NCBI GenBank assembly: GCA_029880285.1
Contig: JAOUOS010000009.1
Span: 871-64,870 of the forward strand
From: Spirochaetia bacterium
Lineage (GTDB): Bacteria > Spirochaetota > Leptospiria > Turneriellales > JAOUOS01
Length of the DNA stretch: 64,000 nt
Direction of reading: 5' to 3'
Part shown: positions 36,900-47,887 of the stretch, piece after piece
Numbering within the stretch: the stretch's first letter is position 1
Layout: every line of letters begins with the position of its first letter
Notes under the pieces: model-generated
What the model was told of the DNA's origin: nothing
The model's database searches: none
What the model saw: only the letters and a program-made list of their open reading frames with translations
Translations under genes and position numbers: made by a program

Positions 36900-38111
36900 A
36901 TGTTAGCTTTTGAAGAAAATGATAGATCCCCCGCAATAATTAAAGTGGTAGGAGTGGGCGGCGCCGGCATGAATGCGGTAGAAAGAATGGTATCTCTTGA
37001 TTTATCGGGAGTAGAAATTATCGCTATGAATACAGATGAGCAGGTACTTAAAAGAGCGACCGCCCATCTAAAAATACCTCTAGGTAATAAACTTACAAGA
37101 GGCATGGGAGCAGGCGGCCGCCCAGAAGTTGGAGCACAAGCAGCTATTGAAGATAGAGATAAAATAGTAAGCGCGTTAAAAGGCTCAGACATGGTTTTTA
37201 TTACAGCCGGTATGGGCGGCGGCACGGGCACCGGCGCTTCGCCCATTGTTGCTGAAGTAGCGAAAGAATTAAAAGCATTAACAGTTGGTGTTGTTTCTAT
37301 GCCATTTAAGTATGAAGGACAGCAAAAGATGGAATATGCCAGAAAAGGCCAAATAAATATGCGTGAAAAAGTAGATACACTTATCACCATTCCTAATGAT
37401 GCTATATTTAAAGTAATAGATAGAAACACACCTATTAATTTAGCCTTTAAAGCCATTGATGATGTTTTGGCCCGCTCGGTTATTGGCATCAGTGATATAA
37501 TAAATTCAACAGGACTTGTTAATGTTGATTTCGCTGATATAAGAACCGTGATGAGTCAAAATGGTGACGCTGTTATTGGTGTTGGTTTTGGTGAAGGAGA
37601 AAACAGAATATCTGACGCGCTTCAACAGGCAATTCACCATCCGCTTCTTGAAGGCAAAAGTATTGAAGGCGCTAGAGCTGTTCTTATTAACGTGGTAGGC
37701 GGTTCAGATCTAACACTTTATGAATATACAGAAATTCAAGAAACTATACATGAACTAGTTTCAAAAGATGCTCATATTATTGTAGGGTTTACCGAAGATT
37801 CAGGAAAAGAAGATCAGGTAAATATTACGGTAATAGCAACAGGGTTTAAATCGGGAAGAATAACTTCTATAGGTATAGACAATAACGCTGAAGAAAAAAA
37901 GGGTCACAATCAATTAAATAATGAGAAAAAGAATATTTATGAGCAAGAAGAAATACCACAGAAAAAAACAGGAACAGATTACGGGTCAATTAAAATTCAT
38001 AAAAACCAGAGTGATCATAAAAGCTCTATTCAACAGGGATTTAATTTTCCTAATCTTGAGACCGACCTTGATAAATTAAATATTCCCGCTTTTTTAAGAA
38101 AAAACAAATGA
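36900..38111 (+). CDS. ftsZ: Cell division protein FtsZ
   Basis: GMGGGTGTG, NVDFAD, C-terminal IPAFLRK. Confidence 0.99.
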   Translation: MLAFEENDRSPAIIKVVGVGGAGMNAVERMVSLDLSGVEIIAMNTDEQVLKRATAHLKIPLGNKLTRGMGAGGRPEVGAQAAIEDRDKIVSALKGSDMVFITAGMGGGTGTGASPIVAEVAKELKALTVGVVSMPFKYEGQQKMEYARKGQINMREKVDTLITIPNDAIFKVIDRNTPINLAFKAIDDVLARSVIGISDIINSTGLVNVDFADIRTVMSQNGDAVIGVGFGEGENRISDALQQAIHHPLLEGKSIEGARAVLINVVGGSDLTLYEYTEIQETIHELVSKDAHIIVGFTEDSGKEDQVNITVIATGFKSGRITSIGIDNNAEEKKGHNQLNNEKKNIYEQEEIPQKKTGTDYGSIKIHKNQSDHKSSIQQGFNFPNLETDLDKLNIPAFLRKNK

Positions 38112-38129
38112 AATTAAAATAACAGCCGC

Positions 38130-40055
38130 ATGTTCTTTTTCTGCGCGATATTTATTTATGCGGCAGTTATTCTTTTTAACTTTAAATATATTCCTTTATA
38201 TGTTCCTATAATATTATTATTATTTTTAATAAGTATATGCGTTTTCATTTTTCAAAAATATAAGCAAAATATAAATTATTTAATAACTACATCAACAATA
38301 GGTATTATAACGGGAATTATTTTATCAATTTATTCTTTATCGCTTTATAACATACCTGAAAATAAGTTTGAAAATAACCAATTAATAAATTTGCGGGGTA
38401 AAGTACTTGAATTTTCAGGTAAATCTGCGGTGGTTGCGATAGAAAAAAGTTTAACTGAACCAAAAAATATTTTTAACATAAGGCTTTCTGGTTTAAATAA
38501 AATAAAAGAAAGAATATTAAAAAATTCTATTGTAGAATTTGAATGCAGTTTTAATGAATATGATACAATAAATTTATTTACCAGTTTAGAAAAACTTAGA
38601 GGTATATATGGCATTTGTTATGTTAAAAAACTTAATGTTATTAAAGATGATTCCTATTTTTATGAAACAAGAATAAAAATATATGATTTTTTAAATGAAA
38701 AACTAAATCAAATGCCTGAAAATAGTTTGGCAAGAGGATTTTTATTGGCCGACACAGAAAGTATTAACGCAGCTGAATTAAAATTATTTAGAAAGATGGG
38801 AATAGCTCACTTGTTTTCAGCATCGGGACTACATTTGGGACTATTGTACGGATTTTTTTATATACCATTCATGTTTATAGGCTATAAAAAATCAGGAGCC
38901 ACCGCAGGCTTTTTAGCGTCTCTATTGTTTTTAATTTTATTAGATTTTCGCGTTTCTCTCTTTAGAGCTTTTTTATTTTTGTTATTTTATCTTTTGTTAA
39001 AAGCAGCGGATAGAAAACCTTCGCCGTTAATTATTTTATCGGCTGCTGCTTTTTTTATAGAATTAGTATATCCGCGTTCTATATTTTCAGCCTCATTTCT
39101 CTTATCATTTGGGGTTACAGGTGTTATTCTTATTTCATTTCAATCTATTAAAAAATTATTTTTATTTTCAAATAAACCTTTAAAAGATCACACTGCCTTA
39201 TCTTTTTCGGCTTTTATTGGTTCTGTTTTTTTATCTTTTTGGCTTTTTGACTATATTCATGTTTTTTCATTATTATATAATTTCTTATTGGTTCCTATAT
39301 CTGGTATTTATTTGGCTTCAGTAATAATAAGCTTATTTATTCCTTTTATAAAATATATAGTACATTTTATAGATACGATTTTTCATTTATCGGCTTTTGT
39401 TCATTATAATATTTGGGACAGATATTTTCCTGTCATACTAAATACCTATGTTCAGTTCTGGCTGTTCATTATGTTTCTGTATATCGTTTATTTTACCTAC
39501 CATGCTTCTGAAAACCATTATTGGATACTCAGAAAAAGAAAATCAATATTTTTCATACTGCTTATATCTTTTTTTGGACAATTTATTTTCATAAATTATC
39601 CACAAAAAGGTGTTAAAGCATTCCCTTACGCAGTGATGCATTTTGAAGAAAATATACTTAGTATAGTGGGCCAAAAGGCATCATTTATAGAAGACAATTC
39701 TTTACAAAATTTTCTTCAAATTGAAGATTTTAAAATAAAAGAAATCAGAGCTTCAGACAATTTAGAATCTGAAATAAAAGCATACCTGCTGCCGCCTTAT
39801 GAAAATATCAATACTCTTGAAACAGTTGAATCAAGTAAAAATTATATTAAAATTAACAAAGATTGTTTTTTATTTTTTAAAACTAAATTATTTAAAAATT
39901 GGGATAACGATGAATTTTTAAGTTGCTCAAATATATACTTAATACATTCAAAAAAATATACACCTGATGCAGAAAAATGGTATGGTTATTTAAGTAAATA
40001 TTCTTTTAATGGCAAAATTCATTTAATAAACTATAATAAATGGGTTTTTTATTGA
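38130..40055 (+). CDS. comEC: ComEC/Rec2 competence membrane protein
   Basis: GIAHLFSASGLH motif, SFLLSF, multi-TM. Confidence 0.88.
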   Translation: MFFFCAIFIYAAVILFNFKYIPLYVPIILLLFLISICVFIFQKYKQNINYLITTSTIGIITGIILSIYSLSLYNIPENKFENNQLINLRGKVLEFSGKSAVVAIEKSLTEPKNIFNIRLSGLNKIKERILKNSIVEFECSFNEYDTINLFTSLEKLRGIYGICYVKKLNVIKDDSYFYETRIKIYDFLNEKLNQMPENSLARGFLLADTESINAAELKLFRKMGIAHLFSASGLHLGLLYGFFYIPFMFIGYKKSGATAGFLASLLFLILLDFRVSLFRAFLFLLFYLLLKAADRKPSPLIILSAAAFFIELVYPRSIFSASFLLSFGVTGVILISFQSIKKLFLFSNKPLKDHTALSFSAFIGSVFLSFWLFDYIHVFSLLYNFLLVPISGIYLASVIISLFIPFIKYIVHFIDTIFHLSAFVHYNIWDRYFPVILNTYVQFWLFIMFLYIVYFTYHASENHYWILRKRKSIFFILLISFFGQFIFINYPQKGVKAFPYAVMHFEENILSIVGQKASFIEDNSLQNFLQIEDFKIKEIRASDNLESEIKAYLLPPYENINTLETVESSKNYIKINKDCFLFFKTKLFKNWDNDEFLSCSNIYLIHSKKYTPDAEKWYGYLSKYSFNGKIHLINYNKWVFY

Positions 40056-40059
40056 TTTT

Positions 40060-40521
40060 TTAGTCAGTTTGATGACCATGTTTTTTTTGTAAATGCTCAA
40101 TTTCAATATTTGCCATACTGATATTATCAATAATTGACTGGGCCTGTTTAGAAAGATATCTTAGTAGTGTAGGCTGGTCTAAAAATCCCATTTTCATTAA
40201 TACAAAACCTAATTTTTCTTTTGTTTCTTCCTGCCTTTCAAGAGCTCTTTCAAGTTCAGTTTGCGTTATTACGCCTTCTTTAATCAGCAAATCACCCAAT
40301 CTCATCTTAGGGGCCGGTTCTCTTTTATCCTCAAAACCGGCTTCGGCTAATTTTTCCTGTTCTTCAAGAGCTTCAGCTAGAACATGTGAGTCAATAAGAC
40401 CCATTTCTACAAGAACAACACCTAAAAGTCCGCCTCTTTTTTTTTGTAATTCTAATGCTTGATTTAGCTGTGTTTCGTTAATTAGATTCTTTTTAATTAA
40501 TAAATCGCCTAATCTTATCAT
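40060..40521 (-). CDS. Stand-alone tandem MshEN-domain protein (putative c-di-GMP receptor)
   Basis: RLGDLLIKKNLINETQLNQALELQ and RLGDLLIKEGVITQTELERALERQ, each followed by a second half-motif. Confidence 0.85.
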   Translation of the reverse strand: MIRLGDLLIKKNLINETQLNQALELQKKRGGLLGVVLVEMGLIDSHVLAEALEEQEKLAEAGFEDKREPAPKMRLGDLLIKEGVITQTELERALERQEETKEKLGFVLMKMGFLDQPTLLRYLSKQAQSIIDNISMANIEIEHLQKKHGHQTD

Positions 40522-40587
40522 ATACCTTTTTAATTTTGATAGATACCTTTACAATAAATTTCAAAAATAAATATATTTATTTTTAAT

Positions 40588-40619
40588 AAAAAAAAAAGAC
40601 GGTTTAAAACCGTCTTTTT
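40588..40619 (-). terminator. Rho-independent terminator (possibly bidirectional) after the LipL21-like gene
   Basis: AAAAAGACGGTTT-A-AAACCGTCTTTTT. Confidence 0.85.
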
Positions 40620-40644
40620 ATTATAATATAATCTTTGCATTATA

Positions 40645-41106
40645 CTATTCTGTACTTTTTGCCATTGATTCCGCTTTTTCTTTTAAGTCTTCAGCGTGAA
40701 TTCGATATACTATTTCACAGTTATCTTCACCATCATACGTTTCTTTAACAATGGCACCGCCTTTTACCATACCTTCAAATTCTTTTGTAATAGCGACTCC
40801 AGTAGATTGGCCGCTGTCAGATCCAGAAGCACCTGTTAATTTGGCCCCTACCAAAAGCTCTACAACTCTCTTTTGAGCACTCATTAAAGCAGCTTCTTTA
40901 GACTGAGTTCTTCGTACCACAAAACCTTTCGCATTTTCAGCGGCAGCACCTAAACCCCTAACTTGAAAAGTTTCATCGTCAAGCCATCCTTCTGTAACAT
41001 AGTCATCACCAGATATCATTGACTCAGATGGCCCACATCCAATAAAAATAACCATACTAAAAGCACATATGGCTATTAAATTTCTCAAAAACCGAATATT
41101 TTTCAT
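40645..41106 (-). CDS. LipL21/LPP20-like lipoprotein
   Basis: Lipobox FIGC, EGW...EAA...VVELLVGAKLTGASGSDSGQSTG...GMVKG, resembling leptospiral LipL21. Confidence 0.7.
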   Translation of the reverse strand: MKNIRFLRNLIAICAFSMVIFIGCGPSESMISGDDYVTEGWLDDETFQVRGLGAAAENAKGFVVRRTQSKEAALMSAQKRVVELLVGAKLTGASGSDSGQSTGVAITKEFEGMVKGGAIVKETYDGEDNCEIVYRIHAEDLKEKAESMAKSTE

Positions 41107-41216
41107 ATTATCCTCCTCCTGATAAATATCTTAATAATATTCCTTAACTAATTTTATTCTTTAAAGATACTAGTCAAAAAAGATTAATTTAGTCAACTAA
41201 TTTTTATTTTGCGTAT

Positions 41217-41927
41217 TTATTCTTCCCACAAATAATCATATAGAGCTATGCCTGCGGCTAAATAAATAAATAAAAACGCGATTATTAAATTTAATATTCC
41301 TTTTGAATCTTGCCACATGCCACCGTTTATTATATTGCGGCAAAACGAGCTGCCCGCTATTAAAACAGGAAGACTTAAGGGAAAAAATAATATTAAAAGT
41401 AATATATGACGAAAACGACTGTGTAAAGCTAAGATAGCGGCTAATTGTCCTAAGAATGTTATTCCAATAGTTGTTAAAGAGCCCGCTAGAATAAACATAT
41501 TAATAATATTAATACCTTTATCTATAAAAGTATCACCTGCAAACATAAATGTACTGTTAAAAAAAATAAACCATATAATCAGCTCTAAAAGCCATAAAAG
41601 CACTAAAGCTATAAAAGACGCTGTAGATTTGCTTACGAAAACCAAATGACCCTGCGTGCCGCTTAATCTTACGGCTCTATACGCGAACCATTCCCATTCC
41701 CATTCCTGAGCCGCTAAAAGACAAAATAAGCAGCTTATTAAATGGGCGGCCCAAAGAATACTTACTGCTGTCTCGCCGCTCATGTGTTCGGGCGGCAGCG
41801 TAAATCTAAAAAGCATAAACAGTCCAATAGAAAATATAAGTGAAAGCCAAAAAAAACCCGAGCCCGAAAAAAGAAGATGAAGTTCTTTTTTTAAGATATT
41901 AAAAAATACATTTGAGACAAGTTTCAT
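41217..41927 (-). CDS. ccmB: Heme exporter permease CcmB
   Basis: 6-TM protein, LLLILFFPLSLPVLI, follows ccmA. Confidence 0.82.
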   Translation of the reverse strand: MKLVSNVFFNILKKELHLLFSGSGFFWLSLIFSIGLFMLFRFTLPPEHMSGETAVSILWAAHLISCLFCLLAAQEWEWEWFAYRAVRLSGTQGHLVFVSKSTASFIALVLLWLLELIIWFIFFNSTFMFAGDTFIDKGINIINMFILAGSLTTIGITFLGQLAAILALHSRFRHILLLILFFPLSLPVLIAGSSFCRNIINGGMWQDSKGILNLIIAFLFIYLAAGIALYDYLWEE

Positions 41928-42637
41928 GATAATTTTTTTTCAAGCTCCTTTAATGATATCTTTTTTTTCTCAATTTTTTGGGCAAGGCTTCCCTTTGTAA
42001 CTATCCATAGCTGTTCTGATAATTCATGGGCCCTTTTAAAATCATGATCTACTAAAATGAAACTTTTTATTTTCCATGATATTTCGGGCATACCTCTTTT
42101 TTGAAGTATTTGAATGAGCATTTTTTGTCCGGAAAGATCTAAACCCGTAAAAGGCTCATCTAAAAACACCATCTCAGGTTTTATTAAAATCATTCGGGCC
42201 AAGGTCAAACGCTGTAGCATACCCCGTGAAAATCCATCCGCTTTTTTCCTTTTAGCCTGCTGAAGTCCTGTAAACTCTAAAGCGTAATCTATGCTTTCTT
42301 TGGCTTCTTTTTCAAAACGCAGTCTATTAAAAAAATCTATATTTTCAAATGCTGAAAGTCGGGGATAAAACATACTATGATGACTTAACAAATCCATTTT
42401 TGAATAAAAATCCCTAAGATTTTTAAAACCGGGATAACTTACTTCACCCTCATGCGCTTTATATAATCTTGTGAGAAGATGCAGCAATGTAGATTTTCCT
42501 GCTCCGTTCGGACCTAATAAAGCAAGATAATCATTTTCAATTATTTCGCCCTGGGCCTTTCGAACGGCCCAACGGTAATCAAACTGTTTACCCAAATTTG
42601 AAAAGCAGATAAGCCTGTTTATATTTTTTTCAGGCAT
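41924..42637 (-). CDS. ccmA: Heme ABC exporter ATPase CcmA
   Basis: GPNGAGKST, FSRGMLQR, LDEPFTGLD. Confidence 0.88.
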   Translation of the reverse strand: MPEKNINRLICFSNLGKQFDYRWAVRKAQGEIIENDYLALLGPNGAGKSTLLHLLTRLYKAHEGEVSYPGFKNLRDFYSKMDLLSHHSMFYPRLSAFENIDFFNRLRFEKEAKESIDYALEFTGLQQAKRKKADGFSRGMLQRLTLARMILIKPEMVFLDEPFTGLDLSGQKMLIQILQKRGMPEISWKIKSFILVDHDFKRAHELSEQLWIVTKGSLAQKIEKKKISLKELEKKLS

Positions 42638-42646
42638 AAATAAAAC

Positions 42647-44308
42647 CTATTTTTCAAACCATCGGCTTAAAGCATTTTGACGGCTTTCTAATTTTTCTTT
42701 TAATTTTGTTTTCTTTTCATCTGATATTGGCAAGTCTTTAAGACTGTCGAGACGGTATTTAATTTTTTTAAGTTCTTTTAGCCAAATTGATTTCAACCAA
42801 GCCGGATTCGACTGTATATGTGACAAAAAAATAAAAAATAAAATAATGACTACTATAGAAAATATAAATTTTTCTTCTATAGAAACTGGTGACTTTATTT
42901 CTATTGGTGACCCATGAGATTGCTCTTTTTCTTGTGGGCGTGTATTCGTCATAGAAGATGAATCTTGAATTTCGCTACCGCCAGAAAAAAGAAAAGTTAT
43001 CTGCTTTTGCAATAAAGGAAGCTTTACCGCTGTCTGCCCTTCAACCTCTACTTCTTCCCAGTTTATTGACCATTTAGGGTCTTCTTTAATTTTTACAGAA
43101 ATATCCCGAGGCTCAATTGAAAAATCCATTGGTTCTGCCTGTGGATATGGAATACCAATTTTTAGTTCTGCTTTTTTATCTTTGTATGGAATAAAATATT
43201 GCACCTGAATATATTGATCGCCGGGCTTTGCCGATATGGGCACATAATAAAGATCACTATCTGGGGCCGTAGGTTCTGGTGAAACGTTAAGCCACTCTAA
43301 ACCAGATTCAATATTTTCAACTCCTATAGAAACTGTTTTATTAGAAGCTATTTTTGGTATTGCTACAACAAGCCCTTTATTTTTTTCTGAAAATGATTTA
43401 TTCATATTATTTTGAAAGCGGTAAAGTGTTTGTACAATTAAAGTATTTTGATGGTATTTTAAGTTGATAAATGTTCTTGTCTTTATTTGGGAAGAATATT
43501 TATTTTCTGTTTCAAATACTAAAAAGTTTGTTTTAAGTTCTTCTTTATCACTTATATTTAATACTTGAAAAAATGATATTTCTTTATAAATACCATGAAT
43601 TAAAAGAGACTTTACGTCATCTATATTCACATCTTTTAAAATATACTGGGGTCCGATATTTTTTACTGACTTAAATTGATTTGTTTTTAAATTTTGCATT
43701 TTATAAATAATTAAATTTTCAATCTTTACCGGCTTATTAACAGTACCATTTATTATATTTATTTCAATATCTAAAGCCTTTACAGGTTTACTAAAAAAAG
43801 AAAAAAGAATCAGCAGTAAAAAACCAGATAATTTGTTTTTACTTTTTGAATTTTTTAAAGACTTACCGCATGAACTACAGAATTTATCTTCAGCTTCTAC
43901 TTTTTTGCCGCATGATGAGCAAAATTTTTGTTTTAACGCTTCAGGCTTTGATGATATATTTGATTTTTTAATATCTGTTTTTTTAATTTTACCTTTAGGA
44001 ACCTTGGTAAGTAAATTTTTATAAATTTCTTCTTGCTCAACCCAGTCAGAAAGAAGTTCTTTTTTTAACAAATCAAAATCTTCATTTGAAATTTTACCTA
44101 TATTATGCTCTAAATCAAGATCTTTTAAAGCCAGCTTTGTACTTTCAATTTTATCATGCAAATCTTGAAGTTTTTTTTCATCTTCTGTATTTTTTTTCTC
44201 TGAAGCAGACTCTTCTATTATATATTCCGCTGCATCCCCTTTCATAATAGGCAATAATAAAATTACAGCAGAGATAATAATTACTATTAAAAAAATAATA
44301 TATATCAT
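42647..44308 (-). CDS. CcmI-like/zinc-ribbon membrane protein fused to a periplasmic domain
   Basis: N-terminal TM, LKDLDLEHNIGKISNEDF, CSSCG..CSSCG zinc ribbon, internal hydrophobic segment, C-terminal TM. Confidence 0.7.
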   Translation of the reverse strand: MIYIIFLIVIIISAVILLLPIMKGDAAEYIIEESASEKKNTEDEKKLQDLHDKIESTKLALKDLDLEHNIGKISNEDFDLLKKELLSDWVEQEEIYKNLLTKVPKGKIKKTDIKKSNISSKPEALKQKFCSSCGKKVEAEDKFCSSCGKSLKNSKSKNKLSGFLLLILFSFFSKPVKALDIEINIINGTVNKPVKIENLIIYKMQNLKTNQFKSVKNIGPQYILKDVNIDDVKSLLIHGIYKEISFFQVLNISDKEELKTNFLVFETENKYSSQIKTRTFINLKYHQNTLIVQTLYRFQNNMNKSFSEKNKGLVVAIPKIASNKTVSIGVENIESGLEWLNVSPEPTAPDSDLYYVPISAKPGDQYIQVQYFIPYKDKKAELKIGIPYPQAEPMDFSIEPRDISVKIKEDPKWSINWEEVEVEGQTAVKLPLLQKQITFLFSGGSEIQDSSSMTNTRPQEKEQSHGSPIEIKSPVSIEEKFIFSIVVIILFFIFLSHIQSNPAWLKSIWLKELKKIKYRLDSLKDLPISDEKKTKLKEKLESRQNALSRWFEK

Positions 44309-44374
44309 AAATTTCAGTCAGTAAAAGCTTAAAACATGTTAAATGTGTAAACCCTTTTTCTATATAGTTTTTTA

Positions 44375-45652
44375 TTATTTATCTGATTCATCTAATTCCC
44401 ACCCTTTTTCAAATATCAAAACGCTTTTAGGATCGGGTATATTACCTTTATATATTAAAGCTGTTCCCAAAGGCGATAAAAAACAAAGTTCGTTTTGTAA
44501 TCCGGCATAAATTTGAGAACCCCAAAAAGGCATTTCTTTTTCTTTATCATTCTTTTTTTCAATTAGGCGGCTGCCCATTAAATAAAAATAATGATCGCGT
44601 GATATAAACGCCCCATTCTTCCATTCTTTTATGGGAAATTGAAAATCGATTTCTACTTGATCGCTAATTTTATAAAAAACCATTTTATGCTCAGACGCCC
44701 CCCCTAAAAAAACTCCCGGCACTTCATCTTGACCAAGAAAAAAAACATGACTAAAAGAAGCTTCATTCGTTATTTTTTTAATTTTTTTATCTATTATTGC
44801 ATAAAAATCATATCTGCCAAATACACCATATAAAAAATATGGATTATTATTAGTAGAAAAAAAGAAACTGCCTATATTATTTAATTTTTTAACCGGCGGC
44901 ACCGGTTCTTCTTCTACAAATTGATAAACAAATGGGTTTTTATTTATATCATAGGCTGAAATTTTTTCATTTAATATAAATAATACAATTCCCTCTTCTG
45001 AAACAGCCGGTTTTTGGTAGCAATTCAGCAAAAGATCTGCCGTAGGTATAAAGATTTCTTTTTGATTATCCCAAATCCATATCGCGCAATTCTCTTCTTC
45101 AATGAATTCTTCATCACTTTCTTCATCACTTTCTTTAGGAATATCTTTAGGAATATCTATTTTTTTATTCTGAGAAAAGATAGAAAATAAAGCATATCTA
45201 CCTTTAGGCGATAAGACCGTGTAGTAGACTTTGCCTTTTATCTTTTCTTTTAATTCATCTTTATCTTTTAAATCTATAATCCAAAAAATATTTTCATTTT
45301 TTTTTGTTTTCTCTTTCTCTAAAAGTAACGCTTTACTTCTATCTGCAGAAACAGTTATCATTGAAAAAGCAATGTCTCTATCTGCAAGAAAAAATTCATC
45401 AGGCAAAGAAACTTCAAAAGCTTTTTGAAAATATCTTAGCGCCTCATAACTATTTTCTTTTAATAGCTCATCTTTTGCCTTTTTTATCAAATCGTCAACA
45501 CTAGGAGAACAGAAAAAAAAGAAAGAAAAACATAACAAGAGTTCAACTTTATATAATTTTTTATGTGCTATTTTTTTTAAAAATCTATAAATAAAAACCA
45601 TTATATTATTTTTTAGTATTTTCAAGCTTACTTGAAGGAAATTCAAGAGCAA
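44375..45652 (-). CDS. Hypothetical lipoprotein (TPR helix plus beta-propeller-like region)
   Basis: FFFC lipobox-like segment. The true start is probably downstream of the ORF start. Confidence 0.65.
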   Translation of the reverse strand: MLLNFLQVSLKILKNNIMVFIYRFLKKIAHKKLYKVELLLCFSFFFFCSPSVDDLIKKAKDELLKENSYEALRYFQKAFEVSLPDEFFLADRDIAFSMITVSADRSKALLLEKEKTKKNENIFWIIDLKDKDELKEKIKGKVYYTVLSPKGRYALFSIFSQNKKIDIPKDIPKESDEESDEEFIEEENCAIWIWDNQKEIFIPTADLLLNCYQKPAVSEEGIVLFILNEKISAYDINKNPFVYQFVEEEPVPPVKKLNNIGSFFFSTNNNPYFLYGVFGRYDFYAIIDKKIKKITNEASFSHVFFLGQDEVPGVFLGGASEHKMVFYKISDQVEIDFQFPIKEWKNGAFISRDHYFYLMGSRLIEKKNDKEKEMPFWGSQIYAGLQNELCFLSPLGTALIYKGNIPDPKSVLIFEKGWELDESDK

Positions 45653-46106
45653 TAGTTCCCGTACGAGCCATTTTTAATATGGTATACTCAGAAAAAACTC
45701 TAATAAATGTATCAATTCTTCTTGGATTACTGCTCATTTCTATCATAATAGCGCTATCTGTCATATCTACAATAGTTGCTTTAAAAACATCCACAAGACC
45801 TAATATCTCATGTCTTTTATCTTTTGAAGTTTTTACTGTTAATATCACAAGTTCACGCTGAAGCGACTCTTTTTTTGTTAAGTCTTCTATGCTTATAACA
45901 TCAACAAGTTTATAAAGCTGTTTTTCAATTTGAAGCACCATATGGGGTTCTTCATCTACGACAAGCGTAATAATTGATTCTTCAGGATTATCAGTTTCAC
46001 CAACAGACAATGAATCGATATTATACCCTCTTCGTGTAAATAATCCTGAAACATGGCTTAAAACACCGTAATGATTTTTTACCAATACTGAAAGAGTATG
46101 TTTCAA
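45606..46106 (-). CDS. ilvN: Acetolactate synthase small subunit
   Basis: GVLSHVSGLFTRRGYNIDSL, QIEKQLYKLVDV, MARTG. Confidence 0.96.
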   Translation of the reverse strand: MKHTLSVLVKNHYGVLSHVSGLFTRRGYNIDSLSVGETDNPEESIITLVVDEEPHMVLQIEKQLYKLVDVISIEDLTKKESLQRELVILTVKTSKDKRHEILGLVDVFKATIVDMTDSAIMIEMSSNPRRIDTFIRVFSEYTILKMARTGTIALEFPSSKLENTKK

Positions 46107-46129
46107 ATCTAATTCCTTATTTTTTTACT

Positions 46130-47887
46130 TCACGGATTGTTTGGTACTACCGTAAACAAATTTCCCTTACTATTATCATGTTCGTAATCAATAATACTTT
46201 CATATTTGGCACCGGCAGGTATCATAGGATATACTTTTTCGGCACATGGAATTTTTACTTCTAATATACAAGCGTCATTATTTTCAAGCAGAAAATTTAA
46301 TCCTTCTTCAATTTCATCTTTTTTAATTATTCTTTTTGCCTTCAAATCGTAAGCTTCTGCTATTTTAATAAAATTCGGATTATACCCCATAATAGAATGT
46401 GAAAATCTTTTTTCAAAAAATAGTTCCTGCCATTGTCTTACCATCCCTAAAAAGCCGTTATTAAATATAACTATTTTTACGGGAATATGATGCATTTTCG
46501 CCGTAGCAAGTTCCTGTATATTCATTTGAATAGAACCATCGCCTGAAATTAATATTACCGGCTTTTCACCTACACCAATTTTTGCGCCTATAGCCGCAGG
46601 TAAACCATAACCCATAGTACCTAAACCTCCCGAAGTAATAAATTGTCTGGGATGTTTAACCGGATAATACTGAGCGGACCACATTTGATGTTGACCGACA
46701 TCTGTAACAATAACAGCGTCTCCTTTTGTTTTTTTATAAAGTTCATGTAAAAAATATTGAGGCTTAATTTCACCTTTACCAAGATCAAATTTTAGCGGAT
46801 TTTCTTTTTTTAACTTTTGAATAAAACTTACCCAAGATCCGCTTGTTTTTTTCTTTATATGCGGATTTATTTTTTTCAACGCTTCTTTTAAATTTGCTGA
46901 AATATAAATATCTACAAATACTCTCTTATCAATCTCAGCCGGATCAATATCAATTTGAGCTTTAATGGCTTTTTTCGCGAAATCGCTGGTATTACCGGCC
47001 ACGCGGTCATCAAATCTTGCTCCTAATGCAATTATGAGATCACATTCCATAACAGCCTTATTGGCATAAGCCGTTCCATGCATTCCCAGCATTCCTAAAG
47101 ACAGTTCATGATTTCCCGCAAAAGCCCCTAAACCCATTAAAGTACTAACAACCGGTATCTGCGCTTTTTCAGCTAATTCTTTTATTTCATTGTAAGCGTT
47201 TGATGTAATGGCCCCGCCACCAACATACAATACAGGTTTTTCTGCCTTATTAATTGCACTAATTAATTTATCAACATCCCCTTCAATGGGAGGATTTTTA
47301 AAATGATAATCGGGTATTCTCATTTTAATATTTTTATAGTTTGTACTTAAACCCACTTGAACATCTTTAGGAAAGTCAATTAGCGACGTTCCCGGCCGGC
47401 CAGATAATGCTATAGTAATAGCTTCTTTAGTTACCCTTGCCACATCATCAGCACTTTTTAAAAGTGCGTTATATTTGGTTATAGGTATGGTCATCCCATA
47501 AGTATCTACTTCTTGAAAAGCATCAGAACCTATATCAGCACAAGCTACCTGACCCGTAACAGCTAAAACAGGCGTTGAATCCATTTTAGCGTCAGCAAGG
47601 CCCGTCATAATATTTGTAGCTCCAGGCCCCGATGTGGTAATACAAACCCCTAACTTTCCCGTGGCTCTCGCGTAACCCTGTGCCGCATGAACGGCGCCCT
47701 GTTCATGCCTTACCAGATAATGTTTAAGTTTAGAATGCATCAAAGCATCATAGAAAGGAAGTATCGCGCCGCCTGGATATCCCCAGCATACTTCAATATT
47801 ATTTTCGAGCAAAGTATCAATCATAATTCTTGCTCCGTTTTTTTCTATATTATTAGATAACTTGCTGTCTTTTTTTTCTTTACTCAT
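46130..47887 (-). CDS. ilvB: Acetolactate synthase large subunit
   Basis: [39 protein letters not shown]. Start moved to MSKEKK. Confidence 0.96.
   Translation of the reverse strand: MSKEKKDSKLSNNIEKNGARIMIDTLLENNIEVCWGYPGGAILPFYDALMHSKLKHYLVRHEQGAVHAAQGYARATGKLGVCITTSGPGATNIMTGLADAKMDSTPVLAVTGQVACADIGSDAFQEVDTYGMTIPITKYNALLKSADDVARVTKEAITIALSGRPGTSLIDFPKDVQVGLSTNYKNIKMRIPDYHFKNPPIEGDVDKLISAINKAEKPVLYVGGGAITSNAYNEIKELAEKAQIPVVSTLMGLGAFAGNHELSLGMLGMHGTAYANKAVMECDLIIALGARFDDRVAGNTSDFAKKAIKAQIDIDPAEIDKRVFVDIYISANLKEALKKINPHIKKKTSGSWVSFIQKLKKENPLKFDLGKGEIKPQYFLHELYKKTKGDAVIVTDVGQHQMWSAQYYPVKHPRQFITSGGLGTMGYGLPAAIGAKIGVGEKPVILISGDGSIQMNIQELATAKMHHIPVKIVIFNNGFLGMVRQWQELFFEKRFSHSIMGYNPNFIKIAEAYDLKAKRIIKKDEIEEGLNFLLENNDACILEVKIPCAEKVYPMIPAGAKYESIIDYEHDNSKGNLFTVVPNNP

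Noticed and set aside
36878-37489. 203-aa antisense ORF over ftsZ
   Set aside because: Typical antisense shadow of a conserved gene
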